From positions 558 to 64,557 of the forward strand of contig SVOR01000004.1 of the NCBI GenBank assembly GCA_015066295.1: DNA of 64,000 nt, read 5' to 3'. A program made the translations under genes and the position numbers. Source of the stretch: Oscillospiraceae bacterium. GTDB lineage: Bacteria > Bacillota > Clostridia > Oscillospirales > Acutalibacteraceae. Under the pieces are notes generated by a model, which worked only from the letters and a program-made list of their open reading frames with translations, did no database searches and was not told where the DNA came from. Of the stretch, positions 46,200-55,269 are shown one piece after another; position 1 is the first letter of the stretch; each line of letters begins with the position of its first letter.

Positions 46200-47381
46200 T
46201 TATTCTACCGTAACGGTTGCTACCGACGAATTAGTGCTTGAAGCACCATCAACAATTATCTTAGCGAAGAAGTAGTGTGTACCCTCCTCAAGTGTTTCAG
46301 GTAACTCGTAGGTGTCGGCGGTTGCGCCACCGATTTTAACGGCATCATTGCCGTTTTTATCGGCCGCCTTATACCACTGGTAAGAAAGAACTGAGCCGCC
46401 CTCAACCGAAGCGGTAACGCTTAAGGTACCCTCAACTGCACCAAACTCAGCAGTTACGTCCTGCGGCTGTGCCGAAACGATAACCTCGGGTGATAACCAA
46501 GCCCAAACTGCATCAAGGCCGCTCTTCTTTACGAATACGTCATAGTAAATTCTGTAATCGAATTTGTATGCGTCGGCATCAATGTTCTGCTCGGGTGTAA
46601 ATACACGCATTTTCTCGGTCTTGCGAACGAGGTGTGCGCCCTTCTTGGGGCAAACGAGCATATAAACCTCTTTGGCATTAGCGATGGGCATAAAGCCGCC
46701 TGCCTCGTTGTTATTAAAGTTGTAAGCAGTCTTCATTCTATCGCCAACAACCGGAATTAAAGCAACGCCGTTGAGTGAATTAACGCGAAGGTTTACCTCA
46801 CCCTGCTTAAACTCGCTAACGGTAATCTGACGAGCGATTTCGGGTGAATTCTGTAAAAGCGCATAAATGCTGCCATCGATAAAGGCAACAAGCTCTTCAT
46901 CGTAGCCCACCTGCTCTTGTACCTGACGAATAAGTGTGCAAAGAGCCTCAAAGGGCTTTTTAATGTCGCCGTCAATAACGTTGCTGCGTGTTGCGGCAAG
47001 ACCTGCGAGCTTAGAAATTACGTAGGCATCGCACTCGGGAACAACCTTTGTACGAACGTATTCACCAAGAATTTTGCCTGCAAGACTTGCAATGCCTGTT
47101 TCGTCCATATCCTCGCGGTCAATCTGCAAGGAACGGGCGCGATCCATCTGCATTGTGTATGAGGTGTTTGATACGGTTATTGCACCGCGTGTAAAGCCGG
47201 TGTCGCGGTCGTAATCGGCAAGACCCTGAAAGTTGATGTCAGGGATGATTACGGTCTTGGCACCTACAAATTTTTTTGCAAGCAGATTATCTGCAAAGAA
47301 GCCTGTTGCACTCTTCTGTGAAAAAAGCTTATCAAGCTCTTCCGAATATTTAACTGCTGTTTCTAAAGAATTGATTGACAT
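46200..47381 (-). CDS. phage major capsid protein with C-terminal Ig-like domain
   Basis: Position after the scaffold gene; 393 aa; last ~95 aa (AQPQDVTAEFG...YQWYKA...TVTVE) look like an Ig-like decoration domain. Confidence 0.55.
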   Translation of the reverse strand: MSINSLETAVKYSEELDKLFSQKSATGFFADNLLAKKFVGAKTVIIPDINFQGLADYDRDTGFTRGAITVSNTSYTMQMDRARSLQIDREDMDETGIASLAGKILGEYVRTKVVPECDAYVISKLAGLAATRSNVIDGDIKKPFEALCTLIRQVQEQVGYDEELVAFIDGSIYALLQNSPEIARQITVSEFKQGEVNLRVNSLNGVALIPVVGDRMKTAYNFNNNEAGGFMPIANAKEVYMLVCPKKGAHLVRKTEKMRVFTPEQNIDADAYKFDYRIYYDVFVKKSGLDAVWAWLSPEVIVSAQPQDVTAEFGAVEGTLSVTASVEGGSVLSYQWYKAADKNGNDAVKIGGATADTYELPETLEEGTHYFFAKIIVDGASSTNSSVATVTVE

Positions 47382-47408
47382 TTTGTTTTCTCCTTTTTGT
47401 TTTAAAAT

Positions 47409-48065
47409 TTAACTCCAAAGTCCCTTAATAAATTCAAGACTTGTGTTAGATACACCATCACCGACGTATCTGCTTTGTGAACCGACGCTACTTTCCCTCG
47501 ATAGCTGCGCTTGAAGCTTTGCGTCATCAATGTTTTTTTGCTGACGGTAAAGATAGCGCAGATATTCGTCGAAGTAATTTCCGCCCTTTTGCTCAATTGC
47601 CTCTCTAACCTCGCTGGGTATATCCTCTGTCGTTTTAATGCTTGGAAACTCTCTATAAAGCTCCTCTAAACCGGCATGGGTTTCGCCCTTTTCGTTTTGA
47701 AGGGCAATTAACTGCTCGGCAACCTCGTCATTACCGCCCGTCTGTTCGAGCAAAAGCTTTTTACGTGCTGCAGCATACTCGTTTTCGATGTCGGTAAGGT
47801 AGTCGCTGATGTTTTTACCGCGAGCGTTTGCAAGGCTTTTAAGCCGCGCTAAATCCTGACTTATGATATCGTATTTCATACCCTTTTGCGCCAAGATAGC
47901 CGCCTCGTCGGCCGACAGCGTACGGGTTTCTTTATTGAATTTCACCGTAACTGTACCTAAAGAATTTTCCTGTGTGGTAGACGGTGTGGTATCCGCTCGC
48001 TCACAATTTTCCTCTGACGGGTCCTTGGTATATTCCCCGTCAATATTTTTGAAATTTTCTTCCAT
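47409..48065 (-). CDS. phage scaffolding protein (putative)
   Basis: 218 aa, acidic and helical, immediately upstream of the capsid gene. Confidence 0.4.
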   Translation of the reverse strand: MEENFKNIDGEYTKDPSEENCERADTTPSTTQENSLGTVTVKFNKETRTLSADEAAILAQKGMKYDIISQDLARLKSLANARGKNISDYLTDIENEYAAARKKLLLEQTGGNDEVAEQLIALQNEKGETHAGLEELYREFPSIKTTEDIPSEVREAIEQKGGNYFDEYLRYLYRQQKNIDDAKLQAQLSRESSVGSQSRYVGDGVSNTSLEFIKGLWS

Positions 48066-48089
48066 AAAAATTCTCCTTTATATAAAGGC

Positions 48090-48290
48090 TTACGCCTGTT
48101 CACTACCATCGTAGTTTAAAAAGTTTTTATACTCGGGCGTTAAAAGTGAAGCCGAAGTATTTTTCTTGTGCTTCGCCATATGCTTAGCACATTCCTTTTT
48201 CACGCTCTGCGCTTTTTCCTGCCAAAGAATACCGCCCAAAAAACCGCAGATGCCTGTTATTACTATTGCGAAATAGGTCAACTTGACCAA
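48090..48290 (-). CDS. small phage membrane protein
   Basis: 66 aa; one TM; overlaps the terL stop by 13 nt; sits where a portal gene would normally be. Confidence 0.3.
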   Translation of the reverse strand: MVKLTYFAIVITGICGFLGGILWQEKAQSVKKECAKHMAKHKKNTSASLLTPEYKNFLNYDGSEQA

Positions 48291-49560
48291 TCTCCTTTCA
48301 TATCACCATTTGTTATTCCAAGCCCTATGCCGCCGGGACGCCGTGCGCTAATATCGGGATGAAAGCTCTTAACGTCAAAAAAAGCATACCGCATAGCGTC
48401 CATTAGATGATTGTTTTCATCTCGCGGCATATTTATATTACCGCCGTCGTTTTTCTCCCACACGTAGCTTGACAATTCCTTTAAGGTGTTTTTGCACGAC
48501 GGATTAACGTATATAAAATACTCAACAATATTCATAATGCCGTTTATAACCGAATCCTTGCCCTTGATGCTCGGCATTATCCTTGTAATACCAAGGCGAC
48601 GAAGGTCATCGTTGGATTTCGGCTCGGCAGAGTCGGCACGAATACGCTCCTTGGCATACCCCTTTTCCTTAATCATACGGGCTATGTCGGAATTAAGCAT
48701 TCGCGTTTTATAAAACTCGTCGTATATGTAAATGATTTTGTCAAGGGGGTTGGCCATAAATGCGATAAATGCAGTTGGGTCGTTTGTATACCCGTAGTCA
48801 AGCCCGAAAAAGTGGTTCCATTTCCATTTTTCGTGTGTGGGAATTTCGGGTATACCCTCTATAAAGTTTTCAAAAATCAGCCCGTCGGCAACGCCCCATT
48901 CACCAAGCCCCGCAACCGCGTATTTCCTCGCACTCGTGCGCCTCATACGCTCAAACACCGCTATATCGGTCGCGTCAAGAAATTCATTGCATTTATAATT
49001 GGTGGTGTAAACGCTAACGCTCTTGTCGGCTTTATCGAAAAAGCGTTTTTTGAGCCAATGCTTTTCGCTCCACGGGTTAAAGGTTATGGTGGTCTGCTTA
49101 AAAAGTGGCGGCGGCACGTTGCCCCGCGGCACCGATAGGTCGAGCTTTTCGAAATCCTCAAGCGTTTTTATTTCAAAGGCTTCCTCAATCCACACAAAGC
49201 AAAGATACCCCTTGCTGACGGTGGTGGACGCCAATTTTAAGACGTCATCAAAGCCTCTGAAAAGTATTCGCTGTCCCGTCGGTAAATAAACCATCTCCAT
49301 CGGTGAAACTGTATTTTGCCATAAATGCGCCACGCCCAATTTTTCTTGCGCCCATTTAAGCTGTGCAAAGGTCGAGTCACGATGGGTGTTCATAACGGCA
49401 CGCACCACAAGCAGATTACTATCCCTATATTTCATAAGTCGGTATATGAGGTTGAGTGCCGTAGTTGAAGATTTCTTGCTTGCCTTACCGCCCTTTAGTA
49501 CGCGGTAGCGCCGCTTATCTCTTCAAAATTTTTCGTAGCCGACACCGACTGTTTCGGAAA
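48278..49560 (-). pseudogene. terL: terminase large subunit, PBSX/XtmB family, disrupted at the 5' end
   Basis: ORF 48278-49435 has Walker B CFVWIEEA and nuclease motifs GLDYGYTNDPTA, ADSAEPKS, HLMDAMRYA. The frame extends to 49522 (RRYRVLKGGKASKKS), but the N-terminal FPKQ...NFEEI piece is in another frame (stop at 49495-49497). Confidence 0.7.
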
Positions 49561-49562
49561 TC

Positions 49563-49823
49563 TTAATTTTTGATGTCGTCAATAATGGTCACCACCCCTC
49601 TGCAAATATCGAGCGAGCTATCACCTGTTATTGCCCTTAGTTCTTTAATTGCACTCAAATCTCCCGCGGCGGCTTTTTTATATAAAGCCGCCATCACAAC
49701 GGTTTGCCGTGTGGGATTTTTGATTGTAAAGCCTAATTCCGTTAAAAATTCACGTTCCTTTTCGCTTGCCTTCTGTTTTAAAAGCGACTCCATTATTTTC
49801 TTTAGGTCTTTACGTTTTGCCAT
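49563..49823 (-). CDS. small phage protein, possible terminase small subunit
   Basis: 86 aa from ATG 49823; position directly upstream of terL; helical; no HTH recognised. Confidence 0.3.
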   Translation of the reverse strand: MAKRKDLKKIMESLLKQKASEKEREFLTELGFTIKNPTRQTVVMAALYKKAAAGDLSAIKELRAITGDSSLDICRGVVTIIDDIKN

Positions 49824-49881
49824 GTTTAGCCCCCCTGACAAAACGCATTATATCAGTGCATCCTGCGACATTCACCGACAT

Positions 49882-49910
49882 AAAAAAACGGGCGAACACT
49901 GTTCGCCCTT
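49882..49910 (-). terminator. intrinsic terminator upstream of the prophage remnant
   Basis: Stem GGGCGAAC / GTTCGCCC with U-run on the minus strand. Confidence 0.7.
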
Positions 49911-49911
49911 T

Positions 49912-49936
49912 CTAAATCCTAACCCCTAAATCCTAA
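49912..49936. repeat. 11-bp direct repeat CTAAATCCTAA x2 (3-bp spacer)
   Basis: 49912-49922 and 49926-49936, between two terminators at the araD-proximal edge of the phage block. Confidence 0.85.
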
Positions 49937-49971
49937 AAAACACCTACCGACTACGCGGTAGGTGTTTTTTT
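49935..49971. terminator. terminator after araD
   Basis: Stem ACACCTACC / GGTAGGTGT flanked by A/T runs. Confidence 0.75.
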
Positions 49972-50667
49972 CTATTTCTGTCCATAATACGAATTTGGAC
50001 CATGCTTGCGCAAATAGTGTTTCTTAAGCAGATAATTCTCAATTGGTGTGCAGCCGTGGTTGATAAGCTCGGTGTGGTACGCCATATTAGATACCGCCTC
50101 GAGCACCACAGCATTATGCACCGCCTCTGCCGCATCCTTACCCCACGAAAACGGGCCGTGCTTATTAACAACAACACCCGTTATTGCCTCGGGGTCGATG
50201 CCACGAGTATTAAAGGTTTCTACAATTACTTTACCTGTTTCTTTTTCGTATGCCGACTCAACCTCCTGCTTTGTTAAAGGTCTTGTGCAGGGTACACTAC
50301 CATAAAAGAAATCTGCATGGGTTGTGCCATAGGCGGGTATATCACGGCAGGACTGCGCCCAGCAGGTTGCCCAATTTGAGTGGGTATGTACCACTCCACC
50401 AATATTTTTAAATGCCTTGTAAATTTCCAAATGCGTCGGTGCGTCGGACGACGGGTTGAGGTGTCCCTCAACTATATTTCCATCAAGGTCAAGCACAACC
50501 AAATCGTCCCGTGTCATTGTTTCGTAAGGCACACCACTCGGCTTGATTACAACAAGTCCGCTTTGCCTGTCAATACCGCTAACGTTACCCCAAGTGAACG
50601 TAACTAATTTGTACTCGGGCAGCATTTTATTGGCATCGAGCACCTCTTGCTTTAATTTTTCTAACAT
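49972..50667 (-). CDS. araD: L-ribulose-5-phosphate 4-epimerase
   Basis: Near-collinear with the canonical AraD sequence as I recall it: [64 protein letters not shown]. Confidence 0.93.
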   Translation of the reverse strand: MLEKLKQEVLDANKMLPEYKLVTFTWGNVSGIDRQSGLVVIKPSGVPYETMTRDDLVVLDLDGNIVEGHLNPSSDAPTHLEIYKAFKNIGGVVHTHSNWATCWAQSCRDIPAYGTTHADFFYGSVPCTRPLTKQEVESAYEKETGKVIVETFNTRGIDPEAITGVVVNKHGPFSWGKDAAEAVHNAVVLEAVSNMAYHTELINHGCTPIENYLLKKHYLRKHGPNSYYGQK

Positions 50668-51713
50668 AATTTTACCTTCTTTAGTTCTTCCTTTTCTTCC
50701 ACCGTTCTTTTAAGTCCTTCTTTAAGGTCGACGGTAGGATGCCAGCCGAGTGACTCTAATTTTTTAGCACGCATAACGGCGTTTTCTATTAGCGAAAAAG
50801 CCCTCTTTTCCTGTTCGTTAGGTAGGTCGAATTTCACCTTTAGATGCTTATCCATATATAATTCCACTAACGTTTCGGCTATGCCGACAATACTTGTCAC
50901 ACAAAGCGATGACGCAATATTGTAGGCATTTTTATTTTCACCCTTTGTAAGCACCGTAAGTATACCCTTTATGGCATCGCTAACGTAGGTGTAGGAGCGC
51001 AGTTGCTCTCCTCTGCTTTTAAGCACAATATCCTTGTTGTCGGCAATACACTGCGGGAAAACCGACACAACTTTTGAATCGTTCACACTCATACCGGGGC
51101 CAAAAATATAACTGAGCCTTGCGATTTTCACGTCAAGCCCATACTCCTCGGCATAGGCAATACAAAGTGTCTCACTCGCCTTTTTGCTAAGCGGATAGCA
51201 TGAACGCGGATGAAGCGCATCTATTTCGCCATAGGTGTTTTCGTCTATTTGGTCGATGCCCACCGTTTTGCCGTATATCTCAATTGTCGAAACATAAACA
51301 AAACACTTGACACCCACACGTTTTGCATAATCGAGCATATTAAGCGTACCGCAAACGTTTATCTTCATTGTTTCAACGGGATAAAGCGAATATTCGCGTG
51401 GGGCGGCATAGGACGCGCAATGAATTACATAGTCTGCCGCCAGGTCGCTTTCGAATTTATCGCATACGTCGTGCTCGATAATTTTTAGATTATCACCCAA
51501 ATAATGGGCAAACTTTTGCTCGGCATACGATTTGCTCTGCACGAGTGCCAAAACTGATATATTTCTTTTAAGCAGGGCGCAGACAATATAGGTGCCGATA
51601 AAACCCGACGCACCCGTAACAAGCACGGTGCTACCCTTTAATTCATCCCACGGGATATCAGCCGCGGCAATATTTTCGATTTCCTTTTCTACTGATTTTA
51701 ACATTTTACTCAT
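50661..51713 (-). CDS. NAD-dependent epimerase/dehydratase-family (extended SDR) protein
   Basis: [13 protein letters not shown] Rossmann motif, YPLSK (YxxxK); overlaps neighbours by 7 and 8 nt. Confidence 0.8.
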   Translation of the reverse strand: MSKMLKSVEKEIENIAAADIPWDELKGSTVLVTGASGFIGTYIVCALLKRNISVLALVQSKSYAEQKFAHYLGDNLKIIEHDVCDKFESDLAADYVIHCASYAAPREYSLYPVETMKINVCGTLNMLDYAKRVGVKCFVYVSTIEIYGKTVGIDQIDENTYGEIDALHPRSCYPLSKKASETLCIAYAEEYGLDVKIARLSYIFGPGMSVNDSKVVSVFPQCIADNKDIVLKSRGEQLRSYTYVSDAIKGILTVLTKGENKNAYNIASSLCVTSIVGIAETLVELYMDKHLKVKFDLPNEQEKRAFSLIENAVMRAKKLESLGWHPTVDLKEGLKRTVEEKEELKKVKLC

Positions 51714-52404
51714 CCCTCATATTTAGATAGGCTTTAAGCAAATCGATATGCTCGGCGGTAGTAATTTTAAAATTCATCTCATCGCCGTCTACAAAATAAA
51801 CGGTATTGCCAAGTTCTACCAAAAGCGTACAGGTTGCAACGGTATCCTCAATGCCCTTTTCTATCGCCTCTAAATGTATTTCCCTAAATTTTCCAAGGCG
51901 CAACGACTGTGGGGTCTGTGTGTTGGCAATTAAATCGCGGTCAACAACCCTGTTTGACGATACCTTGTCCTCGCTATACAAAAGTGCAGAATTAGAGGGC
52001 AAAACCGTAATGGCGTTACCGTATTTTTTTACACCCTCGATATTATCGTCGATTATTTTTTCACTGATTAGCGGTCGCACCGCATCGTGTATAACGATTA
52101 TATCCTCGTCATCATATTTTTCACTTAACGCATACATGCCGCGTCTGAGTGATTCCATACCCGTTGAGCCGCCCTCAACTACTGTGGTGAGCTTGGTAAT
52201 TCCATATTTTTGAGCCCAGCTTTTAAGGTCATCCACCCAATCCTTAAGGCAAACAACAGCGATTTCATCTATGTTTTTATTTTTTTGGAAAGCCTCCAAG
52301 GTGTAAATAATTACGGGCTTGCCGTTTACCAAAATAAATTGCTTGGGTGTATTCATATTCATTCTTTGACCAATACCACCCGCTATTAAAAGAGCAATAT
52401 TCAT
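51706..52404 (-). CDS. IspD/TarI-family sugar-phosphate cytidylyltransferase
   Basis: LLIAGGIGQRMN..PKQF, VIHDAVRP, TQTPQS motifs. Confidence 0.75.
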   Translation of the reverse strand: MNIALLIAGGIGQRMNMNTPKQFILVNGKPVIIYTLEAFQKNKNIDEIAVVCLKDWVDDLKSWAQKYGITKLTTVVEGGSTGMESLRRGMYALSEKYDDEDIIVIHDAVRPLISEKIIDDNIEGVKKYGNAITVLPSNSALLYSEDKVSSNRVVDRDLIANTQTPQSLRLGKFREIHLEAIEKGIEDTVATCTLLVELGNTVYFVDGDEMNFKITTAEHIDLLKAYLNMRDE

Positions 52405-52451
52405 TTACTTTCTACCTTTCTTGTGATACAATATTTTGTGAGGTGTATAGG

Positions 52452-53027
52452 ATGAAATTCATTTTAGCTTCGGCGTCACCAAGACGCAACGAGCTTTTTA
52501 AACTAATAACCGATAAATTCGACTGCATCCCCGCCGATATTGAGGAAATAATACCTCAAAATATCGACGTGTTTTCGGCACCCGAGTATTTAGCGGTGCA
52601 AAAGGCTCTGCACGTATCTCGTCAACACCCTGACAGCATAGTTATCGGCTCAGATACCGCCGTTTTTTTAGAGGATACAATGCTTGGCAAACCGAAGGAC
52701 CGCGACGACGCATATAAAATGCTTAATTTGTTATCGGGTCGCACACACAAGGTAATAACGGGCTGTGCCATTTGTTATGACGGCAAGAGTATGAGCTTTT
52801 CGAGTCAGTCCGACGTGGTGTTTTATGATTTAAACGATAAAGAAATTTTAGATTATATAGATACGGCTGAATGCTTTGACAAGGCAGGTGCATACGGCAT
52901 TCAGGGCTTTGGCGCAACCCTTGTAAAAGAAATTCACGGCGACTACTTTAACATTGTGGGACTACCCGTCGCGCGGCTTAAAAAAGAGATAGAAAATTTT
53001 AGAAAAATTTGGGATTTGTATGAATAA
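52452..53027 (+). CDS. maf: Maf-like nucleoside triphosphate pyrophosphatase
   Basis: ORF 52347-53027; ATG 52452 (MKFILASASPRRNELF); GSDT, GKP, AGAYGIQG motifs. Confidence 0.85.
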   Translation: MKFILASASPRRNELFKLITDKFDCIPADIEEIIPQNIDVFSAPEYLAVQKALHVSRQHPDSIVIGSDTAVFLEDTMLGKPKDRDDAYKMLNLLSGRTHKVITGCAICYDGKSMSFSSQSDVVFYDLNDKEILDYIDTAECFDKAGAYGIQGFGATLVKEIHGDYFNIVGLPVARLKKEIENFRKIWDLYE

Positions 53028-54375
53028 AAACGACGAAATTATTTTAAAAATTGACGGCACGTCATCCGACGGCTACGGTGTCGGTCGACACGAAGGTATG
53101 GCGGTTTTCGTCCCCCTTACCACCGAGGGTGACACTGTGCGCACCAAAATTTTAAAGGTTAAAAAAAGCTTTGCATACGGCAAAATGACCGAGCTGATTG
53201 AGCCGTCAATGGACCGAAAATCACCCGACTGTGACGTCTTCGCGCAGTGCGGTGGTTGTGTTTACAGACACATAAATTATCAAAAAGAGTGCGAAATCAA
53301 ATCAAAAAAGGTTGAAAATAATATTTGCCGCATTGGTGGGTATGATTTATCACCACAGCCGATTATTTCTGCCGAGCGTATCTGCCGTTATCGCAACAAA
53401 GCACAGTTTCCTGTGTCGGCAAGCGGTAATACGGGCTTTTATGCCGTACATTCGCACCGAATTATCGAAAGTGATAAATGCCTTTTACAGCCCGAGATTT
53501 TTGATAAGCTCTGTGCCACTATCGGGGATTGGATAAAAACGTACAATATTTCGGTTTATGATGAAAATAACCATAAAGGGCTTATTCGCCACATATACCT
53601 TCGAATTGCCGAAAAAACGCAGGAAATTATGGTTGTTATTATTATAAACGGCGATAGTCTTAACTATTCAAAAGAATTGGTTGATGCTTGTATCTCGGTT
53701 GCTGGCGACAAAATTAAAAGCATACAAATAAATATAAATAAAAAAGACACCAACGTTATTTTGGGCGATAAATGTAAAACGCTTTGGGGTAGCGATTTTA
53801 TAACAGATATACTGTGCGACGTTAAAATTCGCATATCTCCCCTTTCGTTCTATCAGGTTAATCGCGATATGGCAGAAAAGCTCTATCAAAAGGCCGCCGA
53901 ATATGCCGAGTGTGATAATAAAACGGTGCTCGATTTATATTGCGGCGCAGGCACTATTGGACTGGGTCTTGCGAAAAGGGCAAAAAAAATCATCGGGGTT
54001 GAGATTATCCCCGATGCCATAGAGGATGCAAAAATCAATGCCGCAAATAACGGAATTGAAAATGCCGAATTTATTTGTATGGATGCCGCCGCGGCGGCCA
54101 AGGAATTGGCCGCTCGCAAATTAAGGCCCGACGTTGTAATTGTCGACCCACCAAGAAAGGGTTGCAGCAGTGACCTTCTTAGCACCATCGCAAGTGACTT
54201 TTCGCCCGAAAGACTCGTTTACGTGTCGTGCGACTCGGCTACACTGGCGCGTGACAGCGCAATTCTTCGCGATTATGGATATATTTTAACCGAGTACACC
54301 CCCGTTGATATGTTCCCGTCGACTGCGCATATAGAAACTGTCGCACTCTTAGTGCGAACAGTTTCAACGATATAA
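53020..54375 (+). CDS. 23S rRNA (uracil-5-)-methyltransferase RumA/RlmD-type (TRAM + Fe-S + SAM MTase)
   Basis: TRAM N-terminus; C..CGGC..H Fe-S cluster; DLYCGAGTIG SAM motif; VDPPRKG; YVSCD. Confidence 0.85.
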   Translation: MNKNDEIILKIDGTSSDGYGVGRHEGMAVFVPLTTEGDTVRTKILKVKKSFAYGKMTELIEPSMDRKSPDCDVFAQCGGCVYRHINYQKECEIKSKKVENNICRIGGYDLSPQPIISAERICRYRNKAQFPVSASGNTGFYAVHSHRIIESDKCLLQPEIFDKLCATIGDWIKTYNISVYDENNHKGLIRHIYLRIAEKTQEIMVVIIINGDSLNYSKELVDACISVAGDKIKSIQININKKDTNVILGDKCKTLWGSDFITDILCDVKIRISPLSFYQVNRDMAEKLYQKAAEYAECDNKTVLDLYCGAGTIGLGLAKRAKKIIGVEIIPDAIEDAKINAANNGIENAEFICMDAAAAAKELAARKLRPDVVIVDPPRKGCSSDLLSTIASDFSPERLVYVSCDSATLARDSAILRDYGYILTEYTPVDMFPSTAHIETVALLVRTVSTI

Positions 54376-54540
54376 ATTTCTTGCAAAATTTACGATATAT
54401 ACTTCGTATGCGATATATTTGTATGCGATATGTCCCTTTGGGACGCGTGTAAGAATTTATATCATATCTTAGCCGAACGAAGTGAGGTTATATCGCATTT
54501 ATTTAAAATATATCGCACGAGCATAAGCGAGTATATCGCT
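54368..54540. repeat. array of seven CGATAT/ATATCG motifs (GCGATATA core) in two opposed groups around a small hairpin
   Basis: Forward copies at 54368, 54393, 54411, 54426 (GTATGCGATAT twice, 15-bp period). Reverse TATATCGC at 54489, 54509, 54532. Hairpin GTCCC-TTT-GGGAC at 54432-54444. Confidence 0.85.
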
Positions 54541-54554
54541 GAAAGAGGTATTTT

Positions 54555-54920
54555 ATGAACAATAAAACAATTAAAGATTTGGCTGTTGAACTCATAGTTG
54601 ACATAACTGCAATATGCGACCAAATAAAAGGGCGCTCAGTGTTTGTAAATCAATTATTGCGTTCTTGCTCCTCTATAGGCGCAAATTCTTATGAGGCCAA
54701 ATACGCCCAAAGCAACGCTGATTTTATAAACAAATTAGAAATTTCTCTCAAAGAATGTTACGAAACTGAATATTGGCTTGAAATTCTTTTCAAAGTTGGT
54801 GCTATCAATGAAAAAACGTACAATTCTCTTACCAATAAATGCGGTACAATACCAAGAAAACTTATCGCATCTATCACGACTGTTAAAAATAAAACAAATC
54901 AACCGTCGCAAAATTCATAA
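54555..54920 (+). CDS. four-helix-bundle protein (23S rRNA IVS protein / Avd family)
   Basis: LLRSCSSIGANSYEA, DFINKLEISLKECYETEYWLEIL signature. Confidence 0.8.
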   Translation: MNNKTIKDLAVELIVDITAICDQIKGRSVFVNQLLRSCSSIGANSYEAKYAQSNADFINKLEISLKECYETEYWLEILFKVGAINEKTYNSLTNKCGTIPRKLIASITTVKNKTNQPSQNS

Positions 54921-54931
54921 AAGAATAAAAA

Positions 54932-54962
54932 AACCTAAGTGCTAAGCACTTAGGTTTTTTAT
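54932..54962. terminator. bidirectional terminator
   Basis: 11-bp stem AACCTAAGTGC / GCACTTAGGTT followed by TTTTTT; overlaps the stop of the RHH gene. Confidence 0.8.
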
Positions 54963-55096
54963 TTAAGATATTCTTCGATTATTACTTCCAAAAGATTATT
55001 AAGGCTTCGTTTTTGCTTTTCTGCCTCTTTTTGCAATTTTTCCTTAACTTCCTGAGGTAATCTCAACTTTACTTCTACTTTATCGGTCACAAACAT
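54959..55096 (-). CDS. 45-aa ribbon-helix-helix (CopG/Arc-like) DNA-binding protein (not in ORF track)
   Basis: Minus-strand ATG 55094-55096 follows AAGGTGGTG RBS: MFVTDKVEVKLRLPQEVKEKLQKEAEKQKRSLNNLLEVIIEEYLK*; beta-strand then two helices, the typical RHH pattern. Confidence 0.55.
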   Translation of the reverse strand: MFVTDKVEVKLRLPQEVKEKLQKEAEKQKRSLNNLLEVIIEEYLK

Positions 55097-55104
55097 TCAC
55101 CACC

Positions 55105-55220
55105 TTGGTACCATTGTATGTGAAAATTAAACAAACTTCAAGGTCCCACTTTGGTACCTTTAACGAATTTTGTTGACAAGGCGTTTTCTCTATTGTGTTT
55201 TTAGCCCCAAAGTGGTACCA
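55105..55220. promoter_or_regulatory. three TGGTACC boxes in the divergent intergenic region (candidate RHH operators)
   Basis: GGTACC at 55107-55112, 55153-55158 and 55214-55219; two sit in CCACTTTGGTACC / CCAAAGTGGTACC contexts; TTGACA at 55173-55178. Confidence 0.4.
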
Positions 55221-55269
55221 TAAAATAAAGCTATTGCTTTTTTGAATATTTAAAAAGGGGGGGAGTAAT

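Larger units (their letters stand above)
42679..49940 (-). mobile_element. decayed prophage remnant: packaging, head and lysis genes only (boundaries approximate)
   Basis: terS-like, frameshifted terL, scaffold, capsid, portal-like fragment, XhlA-like and holin genes, all on the minus strand; no integrase, tail, replication or endolysin genes. Confidence 0.65.

Noticed and set aside
54555-54920. Four-helix-bundle gene as the Avd component of a diversity-generating retroelement
   Set aside because: No reverse transcriptase gene and no TR/VR-like near-repeat pair could be found in the window. Family membership alone is insufficient.
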